A stretch of 64,000 nt of DNA from a virus: the IMG/VR virus record IMGVR_UViG_3300010354_011858, positions 6,342-70,341 of that record. One strand, 5' to 3'. Made by a program: the position numbers and the translations under genes. This document shows, piece after piece, positions 28,647 to 37,833 of this stretch (its first letter is position 1; the number at the start of each line of letters is the position of its first letter). The notes under the pieces were generated by a model. That model was not told where the DNA came from. It made no database searches and saw nothing but the letters and a program-made list of their open reading frames with translations.

Positions 28647-29266
28647 CTATCTTTTATCCAAGTTACTATTGCATATTTTGTACCACTTACAACAGGATGC
28701 GCAATATGTCTATAAGCGTAATTAGATGGGAAAAGAAGCAACATTCCTGGCTCTGGTTTAATTTTTATACCAAAATTAACAAATTCAATTTCCCCGCCGA
28801 TATAATCATTATTTAAATATACTATTGCTGAAATTGATCTTCCATCCGATGTTGAGCCGTCATAGTGAGCGTCATATTTTTGACCGGATGAATACTTCAA
28901 AACATTGTAATATTCATGCATAAATTCGCCGTAAATGGAATACTTCTCGGTGTATGGAGTAAGTGCTGCAGTTAATAAAAAATACATTTGATTATGTAAA
29001 TTTTTTGCCAACTGATTGCCGTATATATCACCACATGTTGTTAAACATAGATCATAATTTGTTCTTACACTTTGATATTGACCATCGCCAAATGTAGATG
29101 CTTTTGACCATTTTAAATCAGATTCTATATTAGAGCACTCAAGTTCAAGAGCTTCAATTGTTTCTGCCGGATTTGGCCAAGCATTTTCAAATATATCTAT
29201 ACAACCAGCAACAGTTGTATCAGGTATTAATCTTCCTTGGAAGATGCCCATTGTAAATTTATTCAT
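28634..29266 (-). CDS. prolyl 4-hydroxylase-like 2OG-Fe(II) oxygenase
   Basis: LKY..GQ.Y..HYD, YLNNDY.GGE, FPSNY.Y.H..PV.SG.KYAIVTW. Confidence 0.88.
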   Translation of the reverse strand: MNKFTMGIFQGRLIPDTTVAGCIDIFENAWPNPAETIEALELECSNIESDLKWSKASTFGDGQYQSVRTNYDLCLTTCGDIYGNQLAKNLHNQMYFLLTAALTPYTEKYSIYGEFMHEYYNVLKYSSGQKYDAHYDGSTSDGRSISAIVYLNNDYIGGEIEFVNFGIKIKPEPGMLLLFPSNYAYRHIAHPVVSGTKYAIVTWIKDRWIQ

Positions 29267-29365
29267 AGGTCTCGCTTTCCACAGATATTATACCTCATAT
29301 GATAGAGAGTGTTGGGTTAATTCTTATCGTTTTAGCTTGAAATAACTTATAATATAGTTTGGACT

Positions 29366-30763
29366 ATGTTTAGAAACAAATTCAAACTTATAAGACTTCT
29401 TCCCGTGACTCTTTGGATTCTGATGTGGCCAATAGGCTCTACAAGAGTTCAAGCATCAGAAGTTCCTGGGCTTATGTATGAGACATATGAATCTTTTGGT
29501 GGATCACCCGAAATACCCGGCCCAGAGTCAACAGTTCTATCGTCTGGTGTTGTGTCTGGAATTGATTTCAACTGGGGAGGGGGTGTCATTCTTGATTCTG
29601 GTCGCTGGGATGGCGTGATTGTTAAGTTTGAAGGATGGATCTTACCACCCGAACAGTTGACATATTATGTATGCGCTTATACAGATGATGGTTTTCAACT
29701 ATTCATTGATGGTCAACTTGTTATTCCCGACTGGTGGGACAGGGGGCCGAGTTGTGGAAATACGGCAGATATAGACTTCTCTGACGGTCAACCAAAGCAG
29801 TTAACTGCTTACTACTACGAAAATGGCGGTGGTGCTGTCGCACAGTTGATGTACTTTACAGGTGATGGTATCTGGCAGGTTATACCAGATAGTTGGTATA
29901 CAACTACTGAGCCGGTCACAACTACGACAACCACCACAGAGCCAGAACAGACAACCACCACACAGCCAGAAGAAACAACTACTACTACGCAACCAGAAGA
30001 AACAACGACGACTACTGAACCTGAGCAAACAACTACTACAACGGAGCCTGAGACAACTACAACACCTGCCCCCGCTACAACTCAACCACCACCCCCGCCT
30101 GCACCAGAACCAGACCCAACGCCCAGCCCCGAGCCAGATCCTGAACCCGCTCCTGAACCGACACCGGAACCTGAGCCGGAGCCTACCCCTGAACCAGAAC
30201 CCACACCTGAACCTACCCCTGAACCAACACCAGAACCAGAGCCTGAACAGCCCTCAGAGACCCCTGAGGAGCCTTCTGAGCCTTCTATAGAAGAGCCAGA
30301 GCCTTCGACACCCCCTGAAGAGCCTACAGAGCCTGAAGAACCCGTGGAGGAGCCGGCTGAGGAGTTAACCCCCGAACCAGAGGCGGAACTGAGCACTGAA
30401 GAAATTGTGTCTGAAATTGAAACAATTGAAGTTAATAATTTAACAACAGAACAAATTAATCAAGTATTTAGCACTGAAGTTCTTGAGCAGTTGTCCGATG
30501 ATCAGATAGAAGAATTGATTTCCTCAATCGAAGTTGACGACCTGTCAGATGAACAGGCTGAAGCCCTGGCAGAGCAACTATCTGCTGCTCCAGAAAATGT
30601 AAAGAAGGAATTTGAAAGTCAAATAAATATCTTTGGCGGTCAATTCGATTCATATGTACCAACAGGATCTGTAATAACAGTTGGTCAAAGAAGAGTGATA
30701 GTCGCAGTAGCAGCAATCACAATGATTGCTCCTGCTCCTGTCATGTCTTCAAGGAGAAAATAA
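29366..30763 (+). CDS. secreted/membrane-anchored PA14-domain protein with Thr- and Pro/Glu-rich stalk
   Basis: signal peptide, IDFNWGGG, TDDGF, YYENGGGA, repeat stalk, C-terminal hydrophobic anchor plus SSRRK. Confidence 0.8.
   Translation: MFRNKFKLIRLLPVTLWILMWPIGSTRVQASEVPGLMYETYESFGGSPEIPGPESTVLSSGVVSGIDFNWGGGVILDSGRWDGVIVKFEGWILPPEQLTYYVCAYTDDGFQLFIDGQLVIPDWWDRGPSCGNTADIDFSDGQPKQLTAYYYENGGGAVAQLMYFTGDGIWQVIPDSWYTTTEPVTTTTTTTEPEQTTTTQPEETTTTTQPEETTTTTEPEQTTTTTEPETTTTPAPATTQPPPPPAPEPDPTPSPEPDPEPAPEPTPEPEPEPTPEPEPTPEPTPEPTPEPEPEQPSETPEEPSEPSIEEPEPSTPPEEPTEPEEPVEEPAEELTPEPEAELSTEEIVSEIETIEVNNLTTEQINQVFSTEVLEQLSDDQIEELISSIEVDDLSDEQAEALAEQLSAAPENVKKEFESQINIFGGQFDSYVPTGSVITVGQRRVIVAVAAITMIAPAPVMSSRRK
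29899..30385 (+). repeat. coding tandem repeats (TTTT-[EQ]PE[EQ], then PEPT/PE units)
   Basis: visible 27-nt and 6-12-nt periodicity. Confidence 0.85.
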
Positions 30764-30948
30764 TGAAAAAGTTACTTAAAAAGTTTTTTAAAGAATCATA
30801 TTCATTGTTATGGACAATAGCAGGGACTGCTCTTGTTTTAATCACAATGTCTGGTGATGTTTTGAAATATGCACTGTGGATTAGCGGTGCTGGATTAGCA
30901 ATACATTTCTTTGGCTTGCTGTTCATGAAGGAGGAAGAAAATGAATAA
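30763..30948 (+). CDS. small two-TM membrane protein
   Basis: WTIAGT..LITMSG motif, two hydrophobic helices. Confidence 0.7.
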   Translation: MKKLLKKFFKESYSLLWTIAGTALVLITMSGDVLKYALWISGAGLAIHFFGLLFMKEEENE

Positions 30949-31189
30949 ATTACAAACGATCTCACAGAGAATTGCCGCAGTTTTTGTGGTGTCATCGTTG
31001 CCCATTATCGGTGGGTCATCAGTTATTGGTGGTATTCCTGTTTGGAAGGCCGCACTTCTTGCTGGGTTTACGGCATGCACAGATGTTTTCATCAAACTTG
31101 CTAAGGCATCCCTTGATGGAGAGTTAACCATGGAAGAAATCAACGAGGCTTTCTTAGGAGGAAAGGCTGCTGATAAAGAGGTGAAATAG
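30941..31189 (+). CDS. small membrane protein (possible holin)
   Basis: hydrophobic segments, DGELT.EEINEAF tail; GGAGG SD. Confidence 0.7.
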   Translation: MNKLQTISQRIAAVFVVSSLPIIGGSSVIGGIPVWKAALLAGFTACTDVFIKLAKASLDGELTMEEINEAFLGGKAADKEVK

Positions 31190-32472
31190 TGAGAATAACT
31201 AAATATATTCCTCTTGTTATTTTACCGTTTCTTTTAGTTGGAAGTATTAAATCAGCTGACGCAGATACGGTCTCCAATGCAGACTTTGAGTCTGGAAACT
31301 TTACCGGATGGGAGAAAGGCGCACAGACCGGGAATATGGCTCCAACGATTACTGGAAGTGGAACCGGTGTTTCTATAATAAATGGAACTGTAACCTTTAA
31401 TGCACCGCCAGGTAACCAAGTAGGAACACCTGGTTCTCAATACTATCAACCCGCAACTCCGGCTGCAGTCTGGAAGTTCTCCCCGTATGGCTCATATGCT
31501 GCTGCTCTTCAGCCGGCTGGTCAGGCAAATTTTAATACCGCTACCTCAGCACTTGGTTTATCAAGCGCTGAAAATACATCATTAAGAGGTGTTATGACAT
31601 CTCAGGCATCAGCAAGCAAATGGGGACAAGGCAACCCGACTGATGCTGCTTGGATTACTAGAAACGTAACATTAAGTGCTGGCGTGACATACACAATGTC
31701 ATGGAACTATATTGGAACTGATTATGTTCCTTTTAATGATGGATCTATAACGTCATTGACTCCTATTGATGCAACGTCATCTGCAACTATTACTGTTAAT
31801 AATCAGGTGCAAAGGTATGCTCTTCTTGGCTTCACAAATCCCGGAACGGGCGACTATTCAACAGGAACATATGGCTCTACTGGCTGGCAGGTATCAACAT
31901 ACCAAGTTTCTGCAACAGGTGAGTACAAGCTGGGTTTTGCCGTTTTCAACTTGGATGATAACGCCCTATCTCCGGTTCTGCTTGTTGATAGCGAGCCAGG
32001 CGGTACTTTGAAGAATGATCAGCAATTTGGTGCTGTCCCACCGAACAACTCTAATGCACCGACTGTGCCACCGACCACACAGGCTACTACAACAACAGAA
32101 GCACCGACCACAACTACAACTGAACCTGAAGTTACAACAACGACAGAACCGGAAGTTTCAACAACCGTTCCTGAAACTACAACAACTGTTATAGAAACTA
32201 CAACCACAGCCCCGGCACCAACTACTGAAGCACCGAGACCGATCTACATACCCTCACCAGTAGTCACTGTTGAAACAACCACAACAACAATTCCTGATAC
32301 AACAACGACAATTATTGAAGATACTATCCCAAATGATACTATCCCGATTGATAGTATTCCAATAAGTGAATTGCCAAAAACCGGATCCAGTAGTCAATTA
32401 TTTAATATTGGGGCTGGTCTTATTATAATTGGATTATTTATATCTTACATAAGAAAATGGTTGTATTCCTGA
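31189..32472 (+). CDS. LPXTG cell-wall-anchored surface protein
   Basis: signal peptide, N.DFESG carbohydrate-binding-like domain, Thr-rich stalk, LPKTG + TM + RK tail. Confidence 0.8.
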   Translation: MRITKYIPLVILPFLLVGSIKSADADTVSNADFESGNFTGWEKGAQTGNMAPTITGSGTGVSIINGTVTFNAPPGNQVGTPGSQYYQPATPAAVWKFSPYGSYAAALQPAGQANFNTATSALGLSSAENTSLRGVMTSQASASKWGQGNPTDAAWITRNVTLSAGVTYTMSWNYIGTDYVPFNDGSITSLTPIDATSSATITVNNQVQRYALLGFTNPGTGDYSTGTYGSTGWQVSTYQVSATGEYKLGFAVFNLDDNALSPVLLVDSEPGGTLKNDQQFGAVPPNNSNAPTVPPTTQATTTTEAPTTTTTEPEVTTTTEPEVSTTVPETTTTVIETTTTAPAPTTEAPRPIYIPSPVVTVETTTTTIPDTTTTIIEDTIPNDTIPIDSIPISELPKTGSSSQLFNIGAGLIIIGLFISYIRKWLYS

Positions 32473-32526
32473 ACTTTACAAAAAACGTCAAAAGTTCTAA
32501 AATATAGTTAAAAGGAGTGTGTAAAA

Positions 32527-33339
32527 ATGACTTTACCGTATATGAAACTCGTCGTTCCGTCTGCTTTGAAGCAGTACAAGAATGGACAACTTGCCGAAAG
32601 TGTTCTCGCCAAAGTGAAGACTGGTGGAAGAATGTATGCCCCAGTTGCAGAAGAGTTTAACAAGATGTATGACGCAGCTCTTGCAGCTGGGTATAAATTA
32701 AGAAATGTTGGGGATTATAGATCATTCGAAGGTCAGCTTCAAATGTTTATGGATCGCTACACAACTACAGATCAGGGACGCAAACCGCAGGTTACCCGTC
32801 AGTATGAGGGGAAAACCTGGTATTTGAAGCCTGGCAAGGCTCCGTCTGCAGCCCCCGATCCGACCGGAGCTAAGGGTTCTAATCATGGTTGGGGTTTAGC
32901 AATAGATCTTGGCTATGAAGTTAATGGAAAACTTGTTGCTATGGGTGGCGGATGCTTTGATTGGATGTGCGTCAATGCACCCAAGTATGGTTTTTATCTT
33001 CAGACCGATAATCGCCAGTCAAAAGAATTTGAAGCATGGCACTGGCAGTATTGTCTTGGTGATAGCAAGCCTGATGGCAAGGCTTATATTCCGCCCGCAG
33101 GCACTCCGCCCGCATCTGCCTCGGCACCTTCTGGTACGCTTGAATTTAAGTATCCTGGCACTCCGGTTAAATTAGGTTCTAAGGGCACCGATGTTATGCT
33201 CGTTCAGGCCTTGCTTGGTTTGAAGTCTGATGGTGATTTTGGCCCCAAGACTGATGCTGCTGTTAAGGCATGGCAGACCGCTAATGGTTTGAAGGCTGAT
33301 GGTGTGATCGGACCCATCACATGGGACAAGATGTTCTGA
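32527..33339 (+). CDS. endolysin: M15/VanY-like peptidase plus peptidoglycan-binding domain
   Basis: YRS..Q, SNHGWGLAID, EAWHW; DGDFGPKT..AVKAWQ..GL.ADGVIGP.TW. Confidence 0.92.
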   Translation: MTLPYMKLVVPSALKQYKNGQLAESVLAKVKTGGRMYAPVAEEFNKMYDAALAAGYKLRNVGDYRSFEGQLQMFMDRYTTTDQGRKPQVTRQYEGKTWYLKPGKAPSAAPDPTGAKGSNHGWGLAIDLGYEVNGKLVAMGGGCFDWMCVNAPKYGFYLQTDNRQSKEFEAWHWQYCLGDSKPDGKAYIPPAGTPPASASAPSGTLEFKYPGTPVKLGSKGTDVMLVQALLGLKSDGDFGPKTDAAVKAWQTANGLKADGVIGPITWDKMF

Positions 33340-33701
33340 TGGATAGATTTTTCTATGAAGCCGAAGTTGTGAAAGTTATTGATGGCGACACCATAGATCT
33401 TATGATCGATCTTGGCTTCGACATCCACCATGCAGTTCGTGTGAGACTCTATGGCTTAAACACTCCTGAGTCAAAAACGTCCGATGAACTGGAGAAGGCC
33501 AGAGGCTTAGCTGCGAAATCATATACATCGGATTGGATCAAGAAAACAGATCGTATATTTATACAAACTGTAAAAGATAAAACTGAAAAATACGGTCGAA
33601 TTCTGGCCAAAGTTTACGCAGACGAAAAGTGCTCTATTTGTTTAAATGACGATCTAATTAAAAGTGGAAATGCTGTTGAGTATTTTGGGGGCAAAAGATA
33701 A
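33339..33701 (+). CDS. thermonuclease (SNase-like)
   Basis: VIDGDT, VRLYGLNTPE, EKYGRILA. Confidence 0.9.
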   Translation: MDRFFYEAEVVKVIDGDTIDLMIDLGFDIHHAVRVRLYGLNTPESKTSDELEKARGLAAKSYTSDWIKKTDRIFIQTVKDKTEKYGRILAKVYADEKCSICLNDDLIKSGNAVEYFGGKR

Positions 33702-33741
33702 ATACCTGAAAGCGTATGGTATATAATATAGTGAGGAATAT

Positions 33742-33819
33742 ATGAGAAGTAAAAGTTGTGATTGTGGTTGTGAATGTGAGGAGCATTGTACTTGCGGTTG
33801 CGAGGAATGCGACTGCTAA
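33742..33819 (+). CDS. 25-aa Cys-rich metallothionein-like peptide
   Basis: MRSKSCDCGCECEEHCTCGCEECDC; own TATAAT (33722-27) and GAGGA SD; below the ORF-track cutoff. Confidence 0.65.
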   Translation: MRSKSCDCGCECEEHCTCGCEECDC

Positions 33820-33846
33820 TTACAATTCCTCAATTGGAGAATTAAA

Positions 33847-34773
33847 ATGGATGATGTAAAAATTAATACATCAAAGACACTGACACTCACACTTCCTAGC
33901 GATGCTGATTCGAATACTGTCACTGTAAATTTGATACATGAATTTGGCGATACTGTTAAATCCAATGTTGCTGCCACGAGAACTGCTCTTGGTGTCTATG
34001 CTGTTACTTTTGGTCAAGAAGCATCTGGTATTTATGTTTTAAATTGTGCCGGGAAGCATAGGGCTGTCTTCAACTATGCTATATCAAATACTTCATACTC
34101 CCAGTCTCAGTACATGAATGTCTATACCCCGTATGTTACATCAACCGAATTCTTTGGCAACTACCCAGAACTTCAAACAGATTTTTCTGCCAAGTTTGAT
34201 ACATACGAAAAGAGGGCTAGAAATATTATAAATACATACTGCGGTCAGTCATTCGATGCCTATCCAGAGAAAAGTTTTACAATAGATGGCAATAATCATA
34301 CTAATCTGCATTTGCCATTAGCTATAAATTCTTTAACAAAAGTAACTATGAATTATGGTGATGGAGATGAAGAAGTCATACATGACTCTACTGATTCAAC
34401 CTTGAATAATATTGAAAAAGTAAGACAACCTTTTAATTTTGAATCTTCATACTTTTTGAGATTTAAAGCAACTGTAATACAATCATCGTCTAATAGATTG
34501 CTTGGAAGTAAATTTAAGAATGGATCTGATTACAAGGTTGAGGGTGATTTTGGCTGGAGATTCGTACCAGATAATGTTAGACAGGCAGCTAATTTAATCA
34601 TTGCCGATCTTATGAATGATGACTCTGAGTATAGAAGACATGCTATTACGAATATAAGCATGGACACCACATCATTCAGCATGTCTGGAAATTTCTATGA
34701 ATCGACAGGTAACATCGAAGCCGATGTGCTTTTGATGGATTATATGATGTTTATCATGGATTATGTTGTCTGA
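33847..34773 (+). CDS. head-tail adaptor
   Basis: AR.IINTYCGQ.F, G.FGW..VP..V.QAA, STGN..AD.LL..Y; position in module. Confidence 0.8.
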   Translation: MDDVKINTSKTLTLTLPSDADSNTVTVNLIHEFGDTVKSNVAATRTALGVYAVTFGQEASGIYVLNCAGKHRAVFNYAISNTSYSQSQYMNVYTPYVTSTEFFGNYPELQTDFSAKFDTYEKRARNIINTYCGQSFDAYPEKSFTIDGNNHTNLHLPLAINSLTKVTMNYGDGDEEVIHDSTDSTLNNIEKVRQPFNFESSYFLRFKATVIQSSSNRLLGSKFKNGSDYKVEGDFGWRFVPDNVRQAANLIIADLMNDDSEYRRHAITNISMDTTSFSMSGNFYESTGNIEADVLLMDYMMFIMDYVV

Positions 34774-35144
34774 TGGCACAGGGTACATTTTTAAAATTTC
34801 ATCATCGCATAGATGTTTATGCTAAAACGACGACAGTAAACGCTGCTGGTCAGAGAGCAGTGACTTTTGCTAAATCAAAGACAATCCCTGTATTTGCACA
34901 ATGGACTCAATCAGATATTGTTAATCAACCGTATATTGCTAACTTTGAACAGTTAGATATTTTTGTACCAAAAAATAACGTATCTGACATTAGTTATGAT
35001 ATTAGATTAAAAGATCTAAAAGATAGATATGGAAATACAATCGATGCCTCATATTACGAGGTCATCGGGATCCAGAAAAAAATGCAATTTAATGGGAAAG
35101 TCCACCATCTTGTTGTAGGTCTTCGAAGGGTGGTGGAAGACTAA
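34773..35144 (+). CDS. head closure/stopper protein
   Basis: N.AGQ, YEVIGI motifs; position after adaptor. Confidence 0.7.
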   Translation: MAQGTFLKFHHRIDVYAKTTTVNAAGQRAVTFAKSKTIPVFAQWTQSDIVNQPYIANFEQLDIFVPKNNVSDISYDIRLKDLKDRYGNTIDASYYEVIGIQKKMQFNGKVHHLVVGLRRVVED

Positions 35145-35731
35145 TGTTTAGAACATCAGTAGATAGAAGTCAGTTAAAAAATATTGAAAATTTAGCAATT
35201 TTTTTAGAAACATCTCCTGCGAAAATTCAAAGAGCAAATGATCGTGCCGCTAAATCTGCTAAAAAAAAGATAGAGGAAAATCTAAGAAGAAGGGGTCGCC
35301 CTGGTCGATTTATTGAAATGGACTATAAAAAGTATGGCCCATTAGGTCTGAAGTTTTCATTTGAGATAAGACCTGGGAAAGGCGGTTATCGTGGAGGGTC
35401 TGCTAGTAGAAAATATAGCGCCCTTATTGCATCAAGAATATTTCTTTTCTCCGAGCAAGGTGTGACTGGTAGAAAAGCCTTTACCTTACCTAGCAAAAAG
35501 CAAAAAAGTGGTGAGACTAAAAGATATGTTATTTCTCACTCTAGTGGTGAATGGAGAAAAGGTCAAAAACTTGTTGGGCCGCTAAGAATACCCGCAATTG
35601 GTCCGTTCTATTTTAGCTCTAAGTCTGGAATGCCCAGGAAGAAGATTCAAAAAATGGCAGCAGAAATTATTAGAGATGAATTAGATAAGCAGTATAAAAA
35701 AGAATTCGGAAAGATTATGAGGGCATCATGA
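35144..35731 (+). CDS. neck/tail completion protein (basic)
   Basis: position and basic composition. Confidence 0.55.
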   Translation: MFRTSVDRSQLKNIENLAIFLETSPAKIQRANDRAAKSAKKKIEENLRRRGRPGRFIEMDYKKYGPLGLKFSFEIRPGKGGYRGGSASRKYSALIASRIFLFSEQGVTGRKAFTLPSKKQKSGETKRYVISHSSGEWRKGQKLVGPLRIPAIGPFYFSSKSGMPRKKIQKMAAEIIRDELDKQYKKEFGKIMRAS

Positions 35732-36147
35732 CAACAGTAAGTGTATATAACATTAACTCATATATTCAGAATGACGCTACCATATCAAATATTGCTGGTA
35801 AGACAATTGATATATTTCCAACAATCGGTTACGGCAATGCCACCCCGCCGTTTATTGTTTATTACTTCTCACCGGGTATTCCTAATGTAGAGGCGTTCTG
35901 GTATAGAAGCGATGCTGTTCTTTATTCTATCTATGATACAAACGCTGTTAGAGCTCTGGATTTAACAGAAAGAATAATTGAAATGCTGGGGAAGGGCGAT
36001 CAGATATCTCAGCCCGGAGGGGTTGCCGGTACAGATTTTAGAATTCTTTCTACTGAACTGACAGATACAGCCTTGGAAGCCCCAGAGGAAAGAGATGGCT
36101 GGTATCGGGCAGATTTAGAGTTTCTTATCCATCATGTTAAAAGATAA
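35728..36147 (+). CDS. tail terminator
   Basis: IFP...PFIVY pattern; position before the major tail gene. Confidence 0.7.
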   Translation: MTTVSVYNINSYIQNDATISNIAGKTIDIFPTIGYGNATPPFIVYYFSPGIPNVEAFWYRSDAVLYSIYDTNAVRALDLTERIIEMLGKGDQISQPGGVAGTDFRILSTELTDTALEAPEERDGWYRADLEFLIHHVKR

Positions 36148-36165
36148 TGTGATATGATGTTTAAT

Positions 36166-36360
36166 ATGGATTATGTTACTATTACATATATAGGTAAAAA
36201 TTCGGGCTTTATAGCGAAAGTTGATTCTAGAATCTATGAGTTCGAATGGAATAAAGGTCTCGGCATAGGAAGGCGACTTGGAGAAGTTAGTCCCGATCAT
36301 GCTAAAAAAATTGCCAAATGGCGCGATAAGAGAGGCAAAAAGATTTTTGTCTGTGAATAG
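36166..36360 (+). CDS. hypothetical protein
   Basis: ATG 7 nt after TGTG-a-TATGAT (leaderless). Confidence 0.65.
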   Translation: MDYVTITYIGKNSGFIAKVDSRIYEFEWNKGLGIGRRLGEVSPDHAKKIAKWRDKRGKKIFVCE

Positions 36361-36371
36361 GAGGATATAAA

Positions 36372-36962
36372 ATGCCTGGTGCTAATACAGTTACTACCGC
36401 CAATATTGTTGTCGGTGAAGCAGAGGTTAAAATTGGTACGTCGAATACCGCTATGACGAATAGCGATTTCGATAACCTTACTTCCGTTGGTGGTACCCAG
36501 GGTGGAGTTGAAATCACCTGGGAACCCGATATGGTGGATATTGAAGTCGATCAGTATGGCGATGCTGCCAAAGTGATTCAGTCGAAGGTTAAAGTGATGG
36601 TTAAGACCACGCTTGCTGAGGCTACCTTAAACAACTTGGCTCTTGCTTGGAGCTATGATAGTTCGACCGGTGGTTCCGATGTTCTTGTGAACAACGATGG
36701 TGGCAACACCAAGACGTTCCTGTTCGGTGTGCAGAATGTGTACCCGTTCGAGAAGGCTATTCAGATTGTGGGTAATGCCCCTGGATCTGACGCTGCAACG
36801 ACCAAGACTCGTAAGTTCAATACTAAGCGTGCAATTTCGATGGAGTCGTCAACCATTTCGATGAAGCGTGCAGAGGCTACCGTCTTCGCCGTTTCGTTCC
36901 GTATTCTTCCCGTCAGTGCTGACGTTGGATATGAGTATGGTAAGATCATCGATCAGACCTGA
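36372..36962 (+). CDS. major tail (tube) protein
   Basis: NIVVG.A, VGGTQGGVE...P...DIEVDQ, T.LAEATL.NL; AGGAGG SD; GC-rich codons. Confidence 0.88.
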   Translation: MPGANTVTTANIVVGEAEVKIGTSNTAMTNSDFDNLTSVGGTQGGVEITWEPDMVDIEVDQYGDAAKVIQSKVKVMVKTTLAEATLNNLALAWSYDSSTGGSDVLVNNDGGNTKTFLFGVQNVYPFEKAIQIVGNAPGSDAATTKTRKFNTKRAISMESSTISMKRAEATVFAVSFRILPVSADVGYEYGKIIDQT

Positions 36963-36980
36963 TAGATATCTATAAAAATT

Positions 36981-37019
36981 AAGCCTCAGGTGTGGTAAAC
37001 TGCACCTGAGGCTTTTTTT
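36981..37019 (+). terminator. intrinsic terminator with embedded extended -10 (TG-g-TAAACT)
   Basis: AAGCCTCAGGTGTGG-TAAA-CTGCACCTGAGGCTT plus T run. Confidence 0.85.
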
Positions 37020-37766
37020 ATGATTATATTGATAATTGGATTATCTGGTTCTGGTAAGACTGCTCTTACTAAAGAATTAGCGCCAAGAATTAATGCAACT
37101 GTTCTAAACGGTGATGATGTTCGTGAATCTTTGAGCTCTGATTTAGGATTCTCACATGAAGATAGAATAGAACACGCCAGAAGAATGGGGTCTGTTGCAA
37201 AAATTTTAAGCGATCAAGGACAGACTGTGATAGCAGATTTTATATGTCCTACAAATCAAACTCGTGAAGCGTTTGGAGATCCAGATATATTAATCTGGGT
37301 TAATAGAATTGATTCTTGTAAATTTGAGGATACAAATAAATTATGGGAAAATCCAGATGCCGATTTAGAGATTGGGTCTGGTATGACTATAAAAGAAGAG
37401 GCCGACATGGTTATAAATTGCTTCAGCCTATTTGATTGGACAGCGCCAACAGCATTGATGCTCGGACGCTATCAGCCATGGCATGATGGTCATTCTGCCC
37501 TAAGAGATGCCGCCATGATGCAGTCTGACCAGGTGGTTATTGGTGTCAGGAATACACACAAAACTTCAGAAAAAGATCCTTTAAATTTTGAACAAGTTTG
37601 TGGTTATATCAAGGAAAAAATAATTAATCCTTTTATTATAAAAATGCCCAATATTACAAGAATTGTGTACGGTAGAGATGTTGGCTATTCGATAGAAAAA
37701 ATTGACTTAGACCAAGAAATTGAGGCTATTTCTGCAACAAAGCAAAGAAAAGCTATGGGGCTTTAA
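37020..37766 (+). CDS. cysC: adenylylsulfate kinase-like domain fused to an HxGH nucleotidyltransferase domain
   Basis: GLSGSGKT, NGDDVR..LSSDLGFS.EDR; LGRYQPWHDGH, YGRDVGY, ISAT. Confidence 0.8.
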   Translation: MIILIIGLSGSGKTALTKELAPRINATVLNGDDVRESLSSDLGFSHEDRIEHARRMGSVAKILSDQGQTVIADFICPTNQTREAFGDPDILIWVNRIDSCKFEDTNKLWENPDADLEIGSGMTIKEEADMVINCFSLFDWTAPTALMLGRYQPWHDGHSALRDAAMMQSDQVVIGVRNTHKTSEKDPLNFEQVCGYIKEKIINPFIIKMPNITRIVYGRDVGYSIEKIDLDQEIEAISATKQRKAMGL

Positions 37767-37833
37767 GAAAGTACATCATTGATGTGATAGAATATCCCTA
37801 GGCTTTTTGCCGTGTATACACTGGAGGAATAAA

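Noticed and set aside
29801-30396. Gly/Ser- and Cys-rich antisense and alternate-frame ORFs
   Set aside because: Artefacts of the Thr/Pro-Glu coding repeats
29899-32300. Repeats as a possible CRISPR array or DGR
   Set aside because: Repeats are in-frame, degenerate at third positions, have no unique spacers, and no cas or reverse transcriptase gene is present
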